From contig CAZMPJ010000008.1 in NCBI GenBank assembly GCA_964568455.1, forward strand, positions 1,143-65,142: DNA of 64,000 nt. The letters run 5' to 3'. The notes under the pieces are model-generated. The model saw only the letters and a list, made by a program, of their open reading frames with translations, searched no databases and had not been told where the DNA came from. Positions within the stretch are counted from its first letter, which is position 1. The number at the start of each line of letters is the position of its first letter. The translations under genes were made by a program, and so were the position numbers. Source of the DNA: an uncultured bacterium. Lineage in GTDB: Bacteria; Margulisbacteria; WOR-1; O2-12-FULL-45-9. Positions 8,919-19,235 of this stretch are shown here, piece after piece.

Positions 8919-9596
8919 TTAATTAGAAACAATCTTAACTTTTCCCAGCATTCCCATCTGATCGTCTTTTAAGATTAAAACCCCGTCCAAGCCTCTGATT
9001 TTCTTGGCAAATTTTAAAGCCTGGTCAATATCTGAAGAGTCTTTTATTTGGTTGCCAATAGCAGTAGCTGCAGCATCAGCTAAAAAAGCATTTCTAGCAA
9101 TCACGGTTACTGCGTCAGCCTTGCCAAAGTTAAAAGCGTCTTCTCTGTTTCCGGATGAAGTGCAAACTGCGAAAGGTTTTTCTTGTGGTTCTATTTCTAA
9201 AGCAATTTTACCGGAAAAAGGTGAGCCATCTGCATAGATGATAACTTTTCTTTTTTGATTGGTTTTAATAAAAATATCTCCACCATTTTCAACAATCAAC
9301 TCATTACTATAAGGTAACAGGTCTTTGCCTACTGTTTCAGCCAAAGCGCCGCCAAAAGTAGCCATGGAGCTAACTTTTAACTTTTTTGAGATTTTATGCA
9401 TTTCTTTGACCATGGCAGAGGCCTTTTCTTTTTCCCCTTCAATTTCATCGCGGTGGTTAAGTAAAGATTCTAGGGCTTTTTCGTAAAAATTGCCTTCAGC
9501 CAGAATCAAAAGGTCGGTTTCCTTCTCAATTACTTCAAAGCGGACCAAATCTTCTGCTTTAACGCGATTATGTAAGACCTTGTCTTTATAATTCAT
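8919..9596 (-). CDS. UPF0280 family protein (ApbE-related)
   Basis: The pattern ETDLLILAEG...CTSSGN...FGKADAVTVIARNAFLADAAATAIGN matches my memory of UPF0280. Confidence 0.65.
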   Translation of the reverse strand: MNYKDKVLHNRVKAEDLVRFEVIEKETDLLILAEGNFYEKALESLLNHRDEIEGEKEKASAMVKEMHKISKKLKVSSMATFGGALAETVGKDLLPYSNELIVENGGDIFIKTNQKRKVIIYADGSPFSGKIALEIEPQEKPFAVCTSSGNREDAFNFGKADAVTVIARNAFLADAAATAIGNQIKDSSDIDQALKFAKKIRGLDGVLILKDDQMGMLGKVKIVSN

Positions 9597-9625
9597 ATAA
9601 GCATTATAACAGATTTACAAAATAT

Positions 9626-9655
9626 CTGAAATTTTTTGCTTAACTTATCGATAAT
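9626..9655 (+). promoter_or_regulatory. Orphan-regulon promoter-like motif, copy P2
   Basis: Reads CTGAAA-ttttttgcttaacttatc(18)-GATAAT, ending 8 nt before the ATG at 9664, with no SD. Confidence 0.45.
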
Positions 9656-9663
9656 TATTTGGT

Positions 9664-10467
9664 ATGAAAGTAACAACTAAACCAGTAAGAGTAATAGTTA
9701 GACAAACTAAAGCTGAAGTGGTGCAGTTTGGTGCCAGAAAATTTGCTGATGTCATGAAGGCCAAGCCTGACTTTGTTGGCGGAGTTGGCACTGGCAGTAC
9801 GCTGGAATCTTGCGGCCGCGAAATAGTAGCTTTAAAGCAAACAGAAGGCATTGATGTTTCCCGCGTCCATCTTTTTGGCTTAGATGAATACCTTGGTTGG
9901 CGTCCTATTGATTTTGAAAGATCATATACCTCTATTTTATGGAACCTCTATTGCCGAGGTATGGGGCTGCCGATTACAAATATGCACTTGCCTTATTGGA
10001 ATACTCAATATCCTCAAATGACCTGTGCCATACTTGAAAATGAAATTGACGAAGCTGGCGGCATTAACCTCCAATTATTAGGCTTAGGTGTTAATGGTCA
10101 TGTTGCTTTTAATGAGCCTGGGGTAGATCCGGCCTTAAAAACCCATGTTGAAGCACTTAGTCAAATAACCAGAACGAGAAATTCAGTCGGGTTTGATACT
10201 CTTGTTCCAGAGCGAGCTATGACACAAGGTATTGCCACTATAAGAAGAGCTACAGCGCTATTATTAATGGCTTATGGAGCAGAAAAAGCTGATGCTGCGC
10301 AGGCCATGTTATTTGCTCCACCCAGCCGGGATTGGCCAGCTTCTTTACTAATGCCTCATCCAGACTTAACAGCAGTATTTGACCTGGAAGCAGCAAGCTT
10401 GTTCCCCACGCCGTATAATCAAGAGGGTGATTACGAGGTAGATTGGCCATGCCAGCATACCGGTTAA
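9664..10467 (+). CDS. Glucosamine-6-phosphate deaminase / 6-phosphogluconolactonase superfamily protein
   Basis: Contains GVGTGSTLE, LFGLDEY and GLGVNGHVAFNEPG motifs. Confidence 0.75.
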   Translation: MKVTTKPVRVIVRQTKAEVVQFGARKFADVMKAKPDFVGGVGTGSTLESCGREIVALKQTEGIDVSRVHLFGLDEYLGWRPIDFERSYTSILWNLYCRGMGLPITNMHLPYWNTQYPQMTCAILENEIDEAGGINLQLLGLGVNGHVAFNEPGVDPALKTHVEALSQITRTRNSVGFDTLVPERAMTQGIATIRRATALLLMAYGAEKADAAQAMLFAPPSRDWPASLLMPHPDLTAVFDLEAASLFPTPYNQEGDYEVDWPCQHTG

Positions 10468-11840
10468 CCAATGTTGGCCAACATATTGCGCAGAGACTTT
10501 GGGATCCCCAATACATTAAAAAGCAAGGCACTGTAAAAGTGGTTAATTCAAATAGTGTTTTTATTATTTCGCCTAGGACATTTGCCGCGTCTACGCTAGC
10601 TTCCCAGTTAAAGATTCAATATACTAGTCCAGAATTTCTCGCAGCCATGGATATTATGAAGGAAGCATTATTTTCTGGAGCAATAAATGATGGAAGCGAA
10701 GAATTAAATTTAGGTCTTTTTAATCAAATGCTTGAAAGTGGATTGTTTGTTGAGGGGACAAGGTTAGGAGAAGAGCCTAATCCAATTGAGTCTATAAGAG
10801 TAATTAACTTTCAGGTAACTTTAAATTGCAACTTAAGCTGTCTTCATTGTAGCAGAGGCAATGCCTCAACAGAACATGAACCAATAGCAAGAGATGTTTT
10901 AGCTGATGCCTTGGAGCAGGCGTACTTAAGCAATGCAATGTGCTCCTTTGCTGTTAATGGTGGGGAGCCAACCTTATTTAAAGGGGATTTGTTTTGGTTA
11001 TTTAAGTTTGCAGCTACTTTAGGGGTTGTTACCCAATTTGTTACCAATGGATGGTGGGGGGATAAACAAGATTTTACTATTTGGGGGCACAAGTTTAAGA
11101 ATGCAGGCGAATTTACTGATAAATTAAGGGCTATTGCGCCGATGTTTGTTCATTTTAGCTTGGATGGGACAGAAGCAATTCATGATCATTTGCGTCAAAA
11201 ACCAGGTAGTTTTAATTCTGCCATTGCTGGGATCAAGGCTGCGCGAGAATCAGGGTTAATTGTAAATACTAATACAGTTAAGCATCCAGATTTAGAAAGC
11301 TTTGAGGACTTGATGAATTATTTAGAAGCTAATTGCGGGTTAAACCCTGATCCTCGTGAGATGAATTTATCTGCGATGGTAAGGACAGGTCAAGCAGCGA
11401 ATAATTTTCCAGTTACTGATCCGATTTATGAAGAAGAATATTTGGACGGGTGCAAAGGCTTTTATTCTCCCACAAATTTGGTTATTGGCTATGATGGCAA
11501 ATTGGGTAGTTGTGGGGTTGCTAGCACTTATGGTGAATTTGGTGATTTAAAAATCCAAACCATGACTGAAATTTTAAATGGCATTCAGGAAACAGCTGCT
11601 TATCAATTACATGTTGGTAAAGATTTGAAGCCGCATCTTCACCTTTTGCCAGAAGATATTTTCCCAATACGCTATAGTAATCCTTGTGAAATGTGGATTC
11701 CTTTGACCATGATTGTAACTAAAATTGACCAAGAAGAAAAAAGGCTTGGTAGGAAATTGTTTCCACAAGAAATCCGGGCTATTCAAGAATATGTGGGCTG
11801 GAGGACGATGTTGGGGAAGTCAGAGAACCCCTTTAGTTGA
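10443..11840 (+). CDS. Radical SAM enzyme with a ~125-aa N-terminal extension
   Basis: Has the CNLSCLHC (CX3CX2C) cluster motif and a GGEPTL SAM-binding motif. Its C-terminal half is Cys-containing. It overlaps the preceding gene by 25 nt. Confidence 0.8.
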   Translation: MAMPAYRLTNVGQHIAQRLWDPQYIKKQGTVKVVNSNSVFIISPRTFAASTLASQLKIQYTSPEFLAAMDIMKEALFSGAINDGSEELNLGLFNQMLESGLFVEGTRLGEEPNPIESIRVINFQVTLNCNLSCLHCSRGNASTEHEPIARDVLADALEQAYLSNAMCSFAVNGGEPTLFKGDLFWLFKFAATLGVVTQFVTNGWWGDKQDFTIWGHKFKNAGEFTDKLRAIAPMFVHFSLDGTEAIHDHLRQKPGSFNSAIAGIKAARESGLIVNTNTVKHPDLESFEDLMNYLEANCGLNPDPREMNLSAMVRTGQAANNFPVTDPIYEEEYLDGCKGFYSPTNLVIGYDGKLGSCGVASTYGEFGDLKIQTMTEILNGIQETAAYQLHVGKDLKPHLHLLPEDIFPIRYSNPCEMWIPLTMIVTKIDQEEKRLGRKLFPQEIRAIQEYVGWRTMLGKSENPFS

Positions 11841-12446
11841 GGGAATTCCTTTTTTTCTTGGATTAATTTTACAAGCCCGTCTTAGCGCTACACCAAAAGC
11901 TTTAAAAATTGCTTCAACTTTATGATGAGTGTTTTTACCTCTAACTAATTCTATATGCAGGGAAATGCCAGCTTTATAAACAAAAGCTTCAAAAAATTCC
12001 CGCAGCATTTCGCTGTCCAGTTCCAACTTTATCTTCTCTTTACCAATTTCAGCATAAATCAATTGTTTGGCAAAGCGAGCTTTAAAAGTAAAGTGGGGGC
12101 GGCCGGAGATATCCAGGGCAGCTTTGACATCAGCTAGTGATTCATCCATAGGAATAACCGCATGGCCGTAGCGTTCAATCTTTTCTTTTTTACCCAGAGC
12201 TTTTTTGAATGCTTCGCCCAATGCTAGTCCGGTATCTTCTACTAAATGGTGCAGATCAATTTCTAAATCGCCTTTAGCTTTTAAATTTAAATTAAATAGA
12301 CCGTGTTTGGCAAATAAATCAAACATGTGGCTAAGAAAAGGAATAGGATAATCAATATTTCTTTTCCCAGTACCGTCAATGTTTAATTCAATCTTAATAT
12401 TGGTTTCTTTGGTTTTGCGGATGACTTTGCTCTTGCGTTTTTTCAT
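11820..12446 (-). CDS. hisB: Imidazoleglycerol-phosphate dehydratase
   Basis: Contains [30 protein letters not shown] and [12 protein letters not shown]. Confidence 0.95.
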   Translation of the reverse strand: MKKRKSKVIRKTKETNIKIELNIDGTGKRNIDYPIPFLSHMFDLFAKHGLFNLNLKAKGDLEIDLHHLVEDTGLALGEAFKKALGKKEKIERYGHAVIPMDESLADVKAALDISGRPHFTFKARFAKQLIYAEIGKEKIKLELDSEMLREFFEAFVYKAGISLHIELVRGKNTHHKVEAIFKAFGVALRRACKINPRKKGIPSTKGVL

Positions 12447-13477
12447 TTAAACAATACCTCTTGATCTTTATTTTTATCTTTTTTTGGCTTTAAACCAATA
12501 TGTTCATATGCAGCAGTAGTAGCTGTTCTTCCCCTTGGAGTTCTTTCAATAAAACCGATTTGCAGCAAATATGGTTCATAAACATCTTCCAAAGTCAGTG
12601 GATCTTCATGAATGGAAGCGGACAAAGTATCAACCCCCACTGGGCCGCCGGCAAATTTCTTAATAATTGCGGAAATAATTTTACGATCAACATTATCTAG
12701 ACCCAATTCGTCAATTTCTAGACTGGCTAAGGCATTACTAGCAGTTTCCTGATCAATATCGCCTTGGGCTTTAACTTGAGCAAAGTCGCGCACTCGTCTT
12801 AAAAGACGATTAGCAATCCTAGGGGTGCCTCTTGATCTTTTGGCAATCTCGGTTGCACCTTTTTCATCAATTTTAATCTTTAAAACCTGGGCTGCGTGAA
12901 TAATAATCTGCTTAATATCTTTAGCAGAATAAAATTCTAAACGGCTAAGCATACCAAAGCGGTCACGAAGTGGGGAGGAGATTTGTCCAGCTCGGGTAGT
13001 GGCGCCGATTAAAGTAAATTTTGGTAAATCTAATCGAATTGATCTGGCACTAGGGCCTTTGCCAATCACAATATCTAAGCCAAAGTCTTCCATGGCCGGG
13101 TAGAGCACCTCTTCTACTACGCGGTTTAAACGATGGATTTCGTCGATAAATAAAACATCGTTGGCTTTTAAATTAGTTAGGATTGCAGCTAAATCTCCTG
13201 GTCGCTCAATAGCAGGGCCAGAAGTAATTTTTAAATTTACGCTCATTTCATTGGCAATAATGCTGGCCAGTGTGGTCTTTCCCAGTCCTGGCGGACCATA
13301 AAACAACAAATGTTCCAGGTTTTCGCCTCTTCCTTTGGCTGCATCAATGTGGATTAAAAGATTATCAATGATTTTTTTCTGGCCGATAAAGTTTTTAAAG
13401 GTTTTTGGCCGTAGACCTTCAAATTCTTGGTCTTCTTTGTCTCGGCCTGATTTAATAATGCGTTCTTCAGCTGCCAC
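12443..13477 (-). CDS. ruvB: Holliday junction ATP-dependent DNA helicase RuvB
   Basis: Contains [32 protein letters not shown] and IGATTRAG. Confidence 0.97.
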   Translation of the reverse strand: MAAEERIIKSGRDKEDQEFEGLRPKTFKNFIGQKKIIDNLLIHIDAAKGRGENLEHLLFYGPPGLGKTTLASIIANEMSVNLKITSGPAIERPGDLAAILTNLKANDVLFIDEIHRLNRVVEEVLYPAMEDFGLDIVIGKGPSARSIRLDLPKFTLIGATTRAGQISSPLRDRFGMLSRLEFYSAKDIKQIIIHAAQVLKIKIDEKGATEIAKRSRGTPRIANRLLRRVRDFAQVKAQGDIDQETASNALASLEIDELGLDNVDRKIISAIIKKFAGGPVGVDTLSASIHEDPLTLEDVYEPYLLQIGFIERTPRGRTATTAAYEHIGLKPKKDKNKDQEVLFK

Positions 13478-15530
13478 TATAAACCCTCTTATAACCGTAA
13501 AAGCTTTTCATGACTTTTTTGACATAGTTCCTGGTTTCATATAATGGAATATCTTCTATGAATTCGTCCAAATCAAAGTCCTTATATTTTTTCTTCCATC
13601 TTTTCACTCTTACCGGTCCCCCGTTGTAACCAGCCAAGGCCAAATGTACGTTTCCATCAAATCTTTTGACTAATTGAGCCAAATAATAGGTACCCATCTC
13701 GATGTTAACACGGGGTTGGTACATTTTCCAGCGAGAGTACTTGATTCCAAGCTTCCGTGAAAGGATTCTGCCGGTGCTGGGTATAACCTGCATTAAACCA
13801 TGGGCCCAGGATCTAGACAGGGCTCTTGATTTAAAGCGGCTTTCTTCGCGAATTACCGCATAAACTAGATGCGGATCAACATCGTATTTTTTCGCAAACT
13901 TATTAACATATTGCCAATAGCCTCGAGGATAAGAAAAACGCCAAAGCCGAGGGTTAACATCTGCAAGATTGCCGCTTAAGTTTGCCTCATTGATTTTTTT
14001 ATCGGCATAATAAATGGGTTTAGCAAACTTCCCCTTCATTACATAGGCGTGGTATTTAGCAATATTAGCTTTTTCTTTTTTATCAGGAGGAAGAACTTTT
14101 ACTAGATATTCTGCTTCTTCCGCTGCCTGATCTGCCATTTTCAAAACCATTAACTCTTTATATTTTGCTTCATGGCTGGCGGTTAAGCCTGTATCCCCAT
14201 TAATTTCTATTTCAATATCAGCTACTTCCGGGATAGCAGAAGGCTTTATATTAATATTATATTTTTCCAATTCTTCCCGGGCGCGGTAGCCGTAATATGA
14301 ATGATCATGCCGGGCAATGGTAAGTTTAAAAGCTTCAATTGCTTTATCTTTGTTGCCTATTTTTTCTGCACTTTTGCCGGCCCAAAACATTAAGCGATCA
14401 GAATCTTGATGTGGTGGCAAATAAATAGCCCGACTAAAAACTTTATAAGCAGCTTGATAATCTTTTTGTTTATAAAAATTATTGCCGGCAAACCAGATAC
14501 AGCTTAAATAAAGATCAGAATTAGGATATTTATTAATCAACTTATCAAAAGCAACCACTGCTTCAGCTGTGTTGCCTAAAAGTTTATTATAATAGCCAAT
14601 GTAATAGAGAGAATCATCAGCAATATAATGATTAGGATAGCGATCAACTACTTTTTGCAAAAGAGGGATGGCGGCTTTTAGCTTATCTCTGTAGCTATAG
14701 GTACGAGCCAAATAATACATAGCCTCTGGTTTAGCGTCTTTGCCCTGGTTAATAGCCCGTTTAAAATATTTTTCCGCGGTTTTGGTTTTTCCTTTGCGCA
14801 AACAAACCCGGCCTAGCATTAAATTAGCTTCGTCGTAATAGGAGCTACGTTTGTAATATTTTGTAATGCGCGAAAAATATTCTTTAGCCTTGGTATAGTT
14901 GCGAACTTTGAAATATTTAATGCCTAAATTGTAAACTGAAGCAGCCGGTGCTTCGTAGTGGGCCAGGGCACTGGTTTTTGCCAGCTTATCTAATTGATCT
15001 AGGGCTTTTTCCGCAAAATAGCTATTGGCATGAATTAGATTTAAATTCCTAAAGACCCGGGAAGCTTCTTCATATTTTTTTAGCTTTTCTAAATATTGGC
15101 CCAGGCGATAGCGAGCTTCTGGTACAACTTCATTGTTTGGATATTGGGCGATTAACGCACGTAGAGTTTGGGTAGCAGTCTTATAATCGTCTTGCGCAGC
15201 CTGGCTTTTGGCCAAGCCAAACAAGGCTTTGGGCACTAAAACACTATCTTTAAAATGATCAGAGACTTCTTTGTAAACCTGGGCTGCTTCTGGGTAATGT
15301 TTTTTGTTAAAATAACATTCCGCAATATAAAAATAGGAATAATCCAGCAAAGGATAGGATGGATCTTTAATAGATGTTTTAAAATTTTCAATGGCAGCGT
15401 AATATTGTTTATCCTGCAAATAAGTGTAGCCCATGTTAAAAGAAGCGCGGGAATCAAGATTGATTTCTGCTAAGGCTGGAACCCAGAGCAAGGCCAATAT
15501 TAGTGCTGCTGCGAAAGCCTTTGTTTTCAT
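13467..15530 (-). CDS. Soluble lytic murein transglycosylase (TPR/superhelical N-domain plus SLT domain)
   Basis: Has a signal peptide, many TPR-like repeats, and a C-terminal [30 protein letters not shown]...[10 protein letters not shown]. Confidence 0.85.
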   Translation of the reverse strand: MKTKAFAAALILALLWVPALAEINLDSRASFNMGYTYLQDKQYYAAIENFKTSIKDPSYPLLDYSYFYIAECYFNKKHYPEAAQVYKEVSDHFKDSVLVPKALFGLAKSQAAQDDYKTATQTLRALIAQYPNNEVVPEARYRLGQYLEKLKKYEEASRVFRNLNLIHANSYFAEKALDQLDKLAKTSALAHYEAPAASVYNLGIKYFKVRNYTKAKEYFSRITKYYKRSSYYDEANLMLGRVCLRKGKTKTAEKYFKRAINQGKDAKPEAMYYLARTYSYRDKLKAAIPLLQKVVDRYPNHYIADDSLYYIGYYNKLLGNTAEAVVAFDKLINKYPNSDLYLSCIWFAGNNFYKQKDYQAAYKVFSRAIYLPPHQDSDRLMFWAGKSAEKIGNKDKAIEAFKLTIARHDHSYYGYRAREELEKYNINIKPSAIPEVADIEIEINGDTGLTASHEAKYKELMVLKMADQAAEEAEYLVKVLPPDKKEKANIAKYHAYVMKGKFAKPIYYADKKINEANLSGNLADVNPRLWRFSYPRGYWQYVNKFAKKYDVDPHLVYAVIREESRFKSRALSRSWAHGLMQVIPSTGRILSRKLGIKYSRWKMYQPRVNIEMGTYYLAQLVKRFDGNVHLALAGYNGGPVRVKRWKKKYKDFDLDEFIEDIPLYETRNYVKKVMKSFYGYKRVYSGS

Positions 15531-15581
15531 CGGAGAATGTCATTATAACATTTGCTATGTTACAATACAATTTAGCGACTT

Positions 15582-16319
15582 ATGAAGAAAAGATTAGACC
15601 AAATTTTAGTTGAACGAGAGCTTTATCCTTCTCAACCCAAAGCCCAGGCGGCAATTATGGCGGGAGTGGTTTTTGTGGAAGGGCAAAAGATAGATAAAGC
15701 TGGAACTTTGTTTCCCGAAGCTGTTGAAATTAAAATAAAAAGTGCTCCCCATCCTTATGTTGGTCGTGGCGGGTTAAAACTAGAAAAAGCGCTTAAAGAA
15801 TTTGCAGTAAAAGTTAAAGATAAAGTTTGCCTGGATGTTGGTGCTTCAACTGGCGGGTTTACTGATTGCCTTTTGCAAAATGGAGCTAAATTAGTTTACG
15901 CGGTTGATGTTGGTTATGGCCAACTTGACTGGAAACTAAGAAAAGATCCAAGAGTCAAAGTGTTTGAGAGGGTTAATGCTCGCAATCTCAAACCTAAGGA
16001 TTTGGGATTAGAAAAGTCTGAAATCAATCTTTGCGTCATTGACGTATCTTTTATTTCCTTGACTAAGATTTTGCCGGCAGTTTATGCTCTTTTAACTGAT
16101 AAAGCAGAAGTAATAGCTTTGATCAAACCTCAATTTGAAGCCAAGCGTGAGCAGGTGGAAAAGGGTGGAATAGTTAGAGATCCAGCAGTTCATCAAGAAG
16201 TTGTTGAGAAAGTTGAGGCAGAAGCCGAAACTATAGGTTTTGAAATTAAAGGAATAGTAACTTCTCCTATTACTGGTGCAGATGGGAATGTGGAGTTTTT
16301 GATCCATTTAACGAAATAA
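15582..16319 (+). CDS. tlyA: TlyA-family rRNA 2'-O-methyltransferase
   Basis: Has an S4-like N-terminus (KKRLDQILVERELYPS), RGGLKLEKAL, and the SAM motif LDVGASTGGFTDCLLQNGA. Confidence 0.9.
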   Translation: MKKRLDQILVERELYPSQPKAQAAIMAGVVFVEGQKIDKAGTLFPEAVEIKIKSAPHPYVGRGGLKLEKALKEFAVKVKDKVCLDVGASTGGFTDCLLQNGAKLVYAVDVGYGQLDWKLRKDPRVKVFERVNARNLKPKDLGLEKSEINLCVIDVSFISLTKILPAVYALLTDKAEVIALIKPQFEAKREQVEKGGIVRDPAVHQEVVEKVEAEAETIGFEIKGIVTSPITGADGNVEFLIHLTK

Positions 16320-16328
16320 CCAAAAACC

Positions 16329-16406
16329 AATGACGAATGACGAGTGAATACCCAATTGATCAATTTATAAATTAATTCGTCATTGATAAATTTGTCATTC
16401 GTCATT
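16329..16406. repeat. Inverted heptamer-repeat element in the tlyA / 16418 intergenic region
   Basis: AATGACGAATGAC (16329-16341) is the perfect reverse complement of GTCATTCGTCATT (16394-16406). The arms are built from 7-nt units (GAATGAC / GTCATTC), and an extra ATTCGTCATT copy lies at 16375-16384. Confidence 0.75.
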
Positions 16407-16417
16407 ATAATGCTCTT

Positions 16418-16954
16418 ATGTCAACCTCAATTATTTTTGCTACTGTTGCCGGTATGGTAATTGGTTCTTTAGTTTTCTATCTAATTATCAGCTATCGCAA
16501 TTGGAAAACTAACATAAAATCTGCTCCGCAAGATCTGTTTGACCGCAAAGCCACCGAAGATTTATTAACCCGCAGTGGTTTTAAGATTTTAAGCGTAAAT
16601 TTAAAACAACCAGTTATCACTAATATAGATGGTAAAGAGCATTATGGTCATGTGGTCGCAGATTATTTAGTTAAAAAGGGTAAAGTTAAATATATTGTGA
16701 TTGTTAAAAAGGGCGAAGCAGAGTTTGATGCGAACGATCCTTTGTTTAGAAGAAGGTTAATTGAATGCTGCCGGGTTTTTAATACACCGGAGGTTTTGCT
16801 GGTTGATCCCAATGATGGGGAAATCCACGTTGTTGGTTTTCGTTATCCGCACGAATGGAGTCTTGATTTCTTTTTTAGGTTTTTATTGGCTGGGTTTATT
16901 GTTTTAGGTCTAATTGGTATAATCTGGTTGTTAGCGTCTATTGGTTTGTTATAG
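16418..16954 (+). CDS. Membrane protein with TM segments at both ends and a soluble middle domain. A PD-(D/E)XK-like nuclease fold is speculative.
   Basis: The N-terminal TM is IIFATVAGMVIGSLVFYLII and the C-terminal TM is LLAGFIVLGLIGIIWLLASIGLL. The core contains HVVADYLVKKGKVKYIVIVKKGE. TATAAT (16406-16411) lies 6 nt before the ATG. Confidence 0.5.
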   Translation: MSTSIIFATVAGMVIGSLVFYLIISYRNWKTNIKSAPQDLFDRKATEDLLTRSGFKILSVNLKQPVITNIDGKEHYGHVVADYLVKKGKVKYIVIVKKGEAEFDANDPLFRRRLIECCRVFNTPEVLLVDPNDGEIHVVGFRYPHEWSLDFFFRFLLAGFIVLGLIGIIWLLASIGLL

Positions 16955-16963
16955 GAGGGAAGC

Positions 16964-17725
16964 ATGAAAACGGTTGGAATAATTTATAAAAAAGAAGACA
17001 GTATTATTGCTGGCACAGCTAAGCAAATAACTAAAGAATTAAAAAAAGCTGGCTATAAAGTTGATTTAAATAAGGCTGATTTTGTAATTACGCTAGGCGG
17101 AGACGGAACTATTCTTCGTGCTAGCCGCATGTTGGCGGAGAAAAAACTGCCCATTCTTGGAATCCATATGGGGGGCTTGGGCTTTTTAACTGAAATAGAT
17201 TTAGAACAGCTTGTGGGTGCTTTGCAAAGGATTAAAAAGAGAAAATATAAAATTGATGAAAGGACCATGATTGAAGCGCAGGTAAACGGTAAAAAATTAT
17301 TAGCTTTAAACGACATTGTTATTAGTAAAAGCGGAATTGCTCGAGTGATTAGACTAGAAGTTGAAGGAATTACAGAATATCTGGCTGACGGCTTAATTTT
17401 TGCTACTGCTACTGGCTCAACTGCCTATAATTTATCAGCTGGTGGTCCATTGCTTGATCCGCATTCGCCTACTATTGTTTTATCTGCTATTTGTCCTCAC
17501 AAGATCAGTATTAGACCGATTGTGTTGGAAAAAGGCGTTTCAGTCACCCTTACTAGAGGGGACAAAGTTATTGTGACTGCTGATGGGCAAAATATGCTGC
17601 CTTTAAAAGTAGGGCAAAAGGTAAAAATCGAAAAATCAAAGCTTAAAACCAAGTTTATCCGTTTGGATGGTTATGACTTTTTTGGGCGAGTAAAACAGGC
17701 GTTTGGGTTTGGTGTCAGGGTTTAA
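16964..17725 (+). CDS. nadK: NAD kinase
   Basis: Contains the GGDGTILRASR motif, then IATATGSTAYNLSAGGP. Confidence 0.9.
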   Translation: MKTVGIIYKKEDSIIAGTAKQITKELKKAGYKVDLNKADFVITLGGDGTILRASRMLAEKKLPILGIHMGGLGFLTEIDLEQLVGALQRIKKRKYKIDERTMIEAQVNGKKLLALNDIVISKSGIARVIRLEVEGITEYLADGLIFATATGSTAYNLSAGGPLLDPHSPTIVLSAICPHKISIRPIVLEKGVSVTLTRGDKVIVTADGQNMLPLKVGQKVKIEKSKLKTKFIRLDGYDFFGRVKQAFGFGVRV

Positions 17726-17931
17726 TTTAAAAACTTACCGCTGTTAAGGTTGGCTATCTTATTTAAATCTTCTACTAGCACGTAATTTTTGGCATCAGAA
17801 TAATTTGGTGCGGCAGTAATTGGGAAAATGGTGTAGAGCGTAACTTTGCGCATTTTAGTACGCACTAATTTTTCTAAGTAATTCTTTAGAGTCGCTTTTT
17901 CTAATTTTTTTAGGGTCTCTTGGGTATTCAT
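17722..17931 (-). CDS. Small orphan protein (69 aa)
   Basis: The ORF is preceded by motif copy P3 and a GAGGGGA SD-like leader. I recognise no family. Confidence 0.45.
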   Translation of the reverse strand: MNTQETLKKLEKATLKNYLEKLVRTKMRKVTLYTIFPITAAPNYSDAKNYVLVEDLNKIANLNSGKFLN

Positions 17932-17951
17932 GATACTCTCCCCTCTATATA

Positions 17952-17981
17952 TATATCGACATATTTGGGGTGAAATTTCAG
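17952..17981 (-). promoter_or_regulatory. Orphan-regulon promoter-like motif, copy P3
   Basis: On the minus strand it reads CTGAAA-tttcaccccaaatatgtc(18)-GATATA. A 20-nt leader (tatatagaggggagagtatc) then precedes the ATG at 17931. Confidence 0.45.
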
Positions 17982-17987
17982 TTTTTA

Positions 17988-17996
17988 TGTTATAAT
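17988..17996 (+). promoter_or_regulatory. Extended -10 (TGtTATAAT), 9 nt upstream of the proA ATG
   Basis: The sequence is tgtTATAAT-atttccgac-ATG(18006), with no SD. Confidence 0.45.
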
Positions 17997-18005
17997 ATTT
18001 CCGAC

Positions 18006-19235
18006 ATGAACACTTCAGAAGTTACTCAAAAAGGCAAATTAGCTAAAGAAGCTGCGACAAAGTTGGCAATTACGTCAACCAAAGTTAAAAACGAAGCTTT
18101 AGCTCGCATGGCTGAGGCTTTAAGCAAAAATGCTAAGGTCATTATTGACGCAAATTCAATCGATCTTGAAGCAGGCGAGAAAAAGGGCTTATCCAAAACC
18201 TTGCTTGATCGCTTGAGTTTAGATGGTCCAAGAATTCAAGGGATGATCGAAGGTTTAAATGTTGTAAAATCCCTGCCTGATCCAATTGGCCAAGTAATAT
18301 CTTCTTGGAAAAGGGCAAACGGGTTAAAAATTAAAAAAGTTAGAGTTCCGCTGGGTGTAATTGGCATTATTTATGAAGCCAGACCTAATGTTACGGTTGA
18401 TTCTGCTGCACTTTGTCTTAAAGCAGGTAATGCTACTATTCTTCGCGGTGGTTCTGACGCAATAAATTCTAATAAACAGATTGCGCATCTAATTTCCGAA
18501 GCAGCTTATAGTGCTGGAATTCCAAAAGGTGCTATTCAATTAATTGAAGATACTAATCGCAGTACCGCCGAAGAGCTTATGGCTGCCAGAGACTATGTTG
18601 ATATTTTGATTCCTCGCGGAGGCAAAGGGTTAATTCAAACAGTGGTGCAGAAAGCCAAAGTGCCAACCATTGAAACAGGTGAGGGCAATTGCCACGCTTA
18701 TGTTGAAAAAACTGCTGATCTTAAAATGGCTGAGCAAATTATAATTAATGCTAAATGCCAACGACCATCAGTTTGTAATGCCATTGAAACGCTTTTAATT
18801 GATAAAGAAGTGGCAACAAAGCTTTCCCAATCTTTATTTTCCAAGCTAAAAGAAAAAGGGGTTGAGATTCGAGGCGGCATTGACCAGCCAGCTAGTGAAG
18901 AAGATTATAAAACTGAATTTTTGTCGCTAACTTTAGCAGTAAAAGTTATTTCTGGCATTGACGAAGCCATTGCTCATATTAATAAATACGGAACCAAGCA
19001 CTCTGAAACAATAATTACTAAAGATAAAAAGGCTGCGCAAAAATTTCAAGCTGAAGTTGATGCTGCTGTGGTTTATGTTAACGCCTCAACCAGGTTTACT
19101 GATGGGTTTGAGTTTGGTTTTGGTGCTGAAATTGGAATTTCCACGCAGAAATTACATGCTAGAGGGCCAATGGGCTTGTCAGAATTAACTTCGTATAAAT
19201 ATCTTATTGATGGTAAGGGACAGGTTAGGGGATAG
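18006..19235 (+). CDS. proA: Gamma-glutamyl phosphate reductase
   Basis: Contains VPLGVIGIIYEARPNVT, ILRGGS and CNAIETLLI. ATG at 18006 is preferred over the GTG at 17970, which overlaps the promoter region. Confidence 0.95.
   Translation: MNTSEVTQKGKLAKEAATKLAITSTKVKNEALARMAEALSKNAKVIIDANSIDLEAGEKKGLSKTLLDRLSLDGPRIQGMIEGLNVVKSLPDPIGQVISSWKRANGLKIKKVRVPLGVIGIIYEARPNVTVDSAALCLKAGNATILRGGSDAINSNKQIAHLISEAAYSAGIPKGAIQLIEDTNRSTAEELMAARDYVDILIPRGGKGLIQTVVQKAKVPTIETGEGNCHAYVEKTADLKMAEQIIINAKCQRPSVCNAIETLLIDKEVATKLSQSLFSKLKEKGVEIRGGIDQPASEEDYKTEFLSLTLAVKVISGIDEAIAHINKYGTKHSETIITKDKKAAQKFQAEVDAAVVYVNASTRFTDGFEFGFGAEIGISTQKLHARGPMGLSELTSYKYLIDGKGQVRG

Noticed and set aside
17970-18005. A GTG start for proA at 17970
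   Set aside because: It overlaps the shared promoter core (GTGAAATTTCAG) and the TGtTATAAT box. ATG 18006 gives a normal ProA N-terminus.
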